Shown here one piece after another: positions 60,965 through 64,000 of a stretch of DNA of 64,000 bases. The stretch is from an uncultured bacterium (GTDB taxonomy: Bacteria; Poribacteria; WGA-4E; WGA-3G). The position numbers were made by a program, and so were the translations under genes. The first letter of the stretch is position 1; each line of letters begins with the position of its first letter. The notes under the pieces are model-generated. The model searched no databases, was not told the DNA's origin, and worked only from the letters and a program-made list of their open reading frames with translations. The stretch is from NCBI GenBank assembly GCA_964523645.1, contig CAZGAW010000002.1, positions 30,253 through 94,252 on the forward strand, in the 5' to 3' direction.

Positions 60965-62740
60965 ATGAAGTCTGCAACTCGTAGCGCGTTATTCATTTCA
61001 CTAATGCTCCACCTCTTTTTTTTCATCACGACGTTTTACTTCGTGATGCAGAACCAACCGATCGCGTCCGAGAAGGCGAATTTGGCGGCGGAACTCATTG
61101 CAGTCGAAAACACTTCCCGACCGAAGTCTCCGCTGAAAAAGGTTTCGCCGCGCTTTCTCGCCGCCGAACGCGAGTCCATAGAGCCTCATGTCAGTACTGG
61201 GGAGGCACTCCCCTCTCTCGCAGCCCCTATTGCGGTGAATACTGAAACGTCACGTCCTGCTTTAGGGCGCAGTTTGCAAGCTGAAGTTGAAGCCGAAAAC
61301 CCATCGCCCGCTTTAGACCTGTCAAGAGAAAACTGGGGAGAGGTCAGCACTGCAACCCGCACACTTCAGGATGTTGAGGAAAATTTATCGAAAACGGAAG
61401 CCGCGAGTCCAGCAGGCGATACGACTTTCGGGGCAAAACGTCCTGGTCCGCCGAGGGTTCGGCGCGCCCCAGAGATTTCAACCCTTAAAATAGTAGAAGA
61501 AGAGGAGATAGGATTGTCCGTAGCGCAGCTAGCAGAAATTAATGAAAAGCGGAAAACATTGCCGCATGTCCCGTTTTCGAGGATTATGAAGACGCTCGCA
61601 CAAGAGATTGTCGAAACAAGTGACGGCGGTCCAATTGATGTGGTTTTTGTCATTGACGCCAGCGGTAGTATGGGGGATAATATCAAATCCGTTATAGAAC
61701 ACTTGAGCGAGATGGTGGATGTATATAAAGCCTCTAAAATAAATTACGCACTCGGTGTGACAGAGTTTTGGGCGCGTCAAAAACAGAACGTCATCAAAGT
61801 CGTCCAGTTGACCAAGAGTTTTACCCAGTACAAACGTACCCTCCAAGCGATTTATCCGCATCAGGACGAAAACGCCTTGGATGCCGTCGTTCAGACCGTC
61901 AAAGAACTCCGATTCCGCCCTACATCCAAAAGACATTTCATTCTTGTTACCGATGAACCTTTCACAAGCCGAGACGGATTAGAGGTGGAAGATGCCATCG
62001 CATACTGCCGAGAATTCGGCATCTATGTGAATGTGCTTGGACTTCCTTTCGGTGAACACCAAAGACTTGCTGCTGAAACCGGTGGCAAATGGCATCTCAT
62101 TCCTGAAGCACCACGACCACAAACGGCACAACGTTCCAACAAGCCGATGCATCCGAGAACCAGAGCCGTTTCATTACGCCAAGCGAAATGGGCAGACGTT
62201 ACAAAAGTCGGAGAGGCCGCGCTAAAATTCGGGAGCAACATCCCCGTCGATATTGTTCTATTCGTTGACAGCAGCAAGAGCATGGACGATAAACTTCCAC
62301 ATTTCTTGAAGCAGCTTGATATCCTTGTTCGTGATTGGGATAACGCCTTTGTAGACTATCAAATAGGTGTAGTGCGTTTCAGGTCCCGAGCGTCTGTAAA
62401 CATGATAAACGTTTACAATCCACCGCAAACGCTTGAACAGATCCGGAAAATCGTTGCGCTGCCATGCCAAGACAATGAAATGTTATTGGATGCCGTAGCG
62501 GAGGGGCTACGGCGGTTAAAACTTCGTTCAAATGCGCGCCCGTATTTCATTCTGGTTACAGATGAACCCGCGGACGGTGAATACTCACCCCTCGCGATTA
62601 TCCAAATGTTACAACAAGAACATGCCCTCGTCAGTGTCGTCGGTACCTATGACGACTTTCAGCAGGAAGTCGCGACCAAAACTGGCGGCATCTGGGTACC
62701 TATCCCAGAGGGACATACAACAAATAATTCTTATTGGTAA
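60965..62740 (+). CDS. membrane-anchored protein with two VWA domains
   Basis: N-terminal TM; MIDAS-like DVVFVIDASGSMGDN and DIVLFVDSSKSMDDK. Confidence 0.7.
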   Translation: MKSATRSALFISLMLHLFFFITTFYFVMQNQPIASEKANLAAELIAVENTSRPKSPLKKVSPRFLAAERESIEPHVSTGEALPSLAAPIAVNTETSRPALGRSLQAEVEAENPSPALDLSRENWGEVSTATRTLQDVEENLSKTEAASPAGDTTFGAKRPGPPRVRRAPEISTLKIVEEEEIGLSVAQLAEINEKRKTLPHVPFSRIMKTLAQEIVETSDGGPIDVVFVIDASGSMGDNIKSVIEHLSEMVDVYKASKINYALGVTEFWARQKQNVIKVVQLTKSFTQYKRTLQAIYPHQDENALDAVVQTVKELRFRPTSKRHFILVTDEPFTSRDGLEVEDAIAYCREFGIYVNVLGLPFGEHQRLAAETGGKWHLIPEAPRPQTAQRSNKPMHPRTRAVSLRQAKWADVTKVGEAALKFGSNIPVDIVLFVDSSKSMDDKLPHFLKQLDILVRDWDNAFVDYQIGVVRFRSRASVNMINVYNPPQTLEQIRKIVALPCQDNEMLLDAVAEGLRRLKLRSNARPYFILVTDEPADGEYSPLAIIQMLQQEHALVSVVGTYDDFQQEVATKTGGIWVPIPEGHTTNNSYW

Positions 62741-62750
62741 AGGATCAAGA

Positions 62751-63353
62751 TTGAAGATTGCAGTCCTCGTTTCAGGAAGCGGCACCAACCTACAAACCCT
62801 GATTGAGCAACTACATCAAGACGAAACAAGTGGTATTGAGATCGCAGTCGTCCTCAGTGATCGGCGTAAGGCTTACGCGCTTACACGCGCGAAACGTGCA
62901 AGTATACCGACGCGCGTTGTCAGAACCCAAGATTTTGAAACCCGTCTCGATTTTGACGCAGAAATTTCAAAACTCGTCGAGCACTACGGTGTTGAATTAA
63001 TCGTCCTTGCGGGCTTCATGAAGTTGTTTCAACCTCCCTTCGTCCAGAAATACCGGAACCGGATTATCAACGTCCATCCTACGCTTTTACCGGCGTTTCC
63101 CGGCACTCATCCTGTTGCGGATACATTGGCATACGGTGTGAAAATCGCGGGTGTCACTGTGCATTTCGTTGATGAGGATGTAGATACAGGTCCCATCATT
63201 GCGCAGTCGGCTGTTCCCGTTTTGGATACGGACGACGAAGAAAGTTTACACGACCGAATTCAGGTTGAAGAGCATAAACTCTATCCCGAAGTTATTAAAT
63301 GGTACGCCCAAGGTAGATTAAAAATTGAGGGACGAAAGGTAATAATACAGTAA
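62751..63353 (+). CDS. purN: phosphoribosylglycinamide formyltransferase
   Basis: KIAVLVSGSGTNLQ, INVHPTLLPAFPG, VTVHFVDEDVDTGPIIAQ and VEEHKLYP match PurN throughout. Start set to TTG 62751 after AAAGGA; ORF-track start 62532 overlaps the upstream gene. Confidence 0.85.
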   Translation: MKIAVLVSGSGTNLQTLIEQLHQDETSGIEIAVVLSDRRKAYALTRAKRASIPTRVVRTQDFETRLDFDAEISKLVEHYGVELIVLAGFMKLFQPPFVQKYRNRIINVHPTLLPAFPGTHPVADTLAYGVKIAGVTVHFVDEDVDTGPIIAQSAVPVLDTDDEESLHDRIQVEEHKLYPEVIKWYAQGRLKIEGRKVIIQ

Positions 63354-63454
63354 TCATCGGCAGTCAGTCATCAGTAGAACGTGTAGTGGTTCCGAATCTT
63401 CTATCTACCATAACGTTACTGGGCTGACCGCTGAAAGCCGATTGCTGAAAGCCA
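63353..63454. repeat. heptad-armed palindromic element (intergenic)
   Basis: ATCATCGGCAGTCAGTCATCAGTA - 40 nt - TTACTGGGCTGACCGCTGAAAGCCGATTGCTGAAAGCCA; ends 7 nt before ATG 63462. Confidence 0.75.
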
Positions 63455-63461
63455 TAAAAAA

Positions 63462-64000
63462 ATGTTAGCAATTTCAACAATGTGGAACGCCTTGAAACAG
63501 CAAGACGGTGCTGCCCTGTTCGATGAGCTCAAAAACCTCGGTTTTGAAACGCTCGAACTCAGTAGACATCTCACACCCGATCAGGTAGAGCAACTCAAGC
63601 CGTATCTCCGCGAAAACCCGCCGTGTTCGATCCACAACTTTTGCCCTATCCTCCCCGGAACGTCGCAAGCAACGGCAGAACAGGACAAGATTTTGCTTTC
63701 GAGCCTCAATGCGGATGAACGGAAGGAGGCTGTCCGTCGTACCATCCAAACAATGGAACTTGCTGTTGAATTGGAAGTGCCGATCGTAGTCGTCCACCTC
63801 GGTGAAGTCGATACCTACGACAGATCCTATTTGATGCGAGACCTATACGATTATGGTGAGCGCGAATTTGAAGCCTTCGATCAAAAAGTGACCGAAGCCA
63901 CTGAATGGCGGAAGCGTAAAGAGACAAAACATCAAGACGCAGTGTTACGGAGTCTTGATGAACTCAACGAGTGTGCGCTGAAAATGGAACTCTGTATCGC
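63462..64000 (+). CDS. xylose-isomerase-like TIM-barrel protein (partial, runs off window)
   Basis: Open frame from ATG 63462 to the window end (absent from the ORF track because it has no stop): MLAISTMWNALKQQDGAALFDELKNLGFETLELS...VPIVVVHLGE, typical of the AP_endonuc_2 family. Confidence 0.55.
   Translation, partial: MLAISTMWNALKQQDGAALFDELKNLGFETLELSRHLTPDQVEQLKPYLRENPPCSIHNFCPILPGTSQATAEQDKILLSSLNADERKEAVRRTIQTMELAVELEVPIVVVHLGEVDTYDRSYLMRDLYDYGEREFEAFDQKVTEATEWRKRKETKHQDAVLRSLDELNECALKMELCI

Overview
This is a 64-kb bacterial chromosomal window with about 60 protein-coding genes on both strands. I recognised no rRNA, tRNA or CRISPR array by eye. All family calls come from motifs read in the ORF track; no searches were run.

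Gene content: Omp85/POTRA proteins, DUF4097 'toastrack', CBM9/DUF5916, BatA-N/VWA, a transglutaminase-like protein, TolB-like PD40, WD40, TPR and FGE-sulfatase. There are also several phytanoyl-CoA dioxygenase, xylose-isomerase-like TIM-barrel and MDR dehydrogenase paralogs. This suggests an uncultivated Gram-negative lineage (PVC/FCB/Poribacteria-like), which is inference only.

Recognisable blocks:
- Tandem GNATs plus a GT-C-like membrane protein (0.3-3.1 kb).
- A YgfZ-like folate protein and an orphan TatT-DctP TRAP pair (9.1-12.3 kb).
- A split MetH-like corrinoid module: B12-binding protein, RACo-like activase and a stand-alone Hcy-methyltransferase domain (13.3-17.6 kb).
- A transglutaminase / BatA-VWA / Omp85 operon (24-30 kb, minus strand).
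- A visibly A+T-richer accessory island (about 38.1-43.9 kb). It holds an unknown 331-aa gene, a 0.8-kb GC-rich non-coding stretch, a NotI-family REase with a beta-class N4/N6 MTase, a small wHTH protein, an EndoVII/HNH-like protein and IS3 debris.
- A tnpB-only IS605-family element abutting a dehydrogenase gene (47.25-48.61 kb).
- MazF and VapC toxin-antitoxin pairs.
- An ECF sigma / anti-sigma / double-VWA module with an inverted, partly decayed paralog (53-62.7 kb).
- purN.

The most unusual signal is non-genic. A very dense family of heptad-armed palindromic elements, (CAGTNNN)n-AAGAGG...CCTCTT-(NNNACTG)n, occupies 11 or more intergenic sites. The same family also sits in frame inside at least four ORFs. 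Further repeat signals are a recurrent 30-60-nt leader motif (...ACCTGAACGAACCGCAAGG-N12-ATG) in front of unrelated genes, two TIR-bounded MITE-like elements, and a 31-bp tandem hairpin array.
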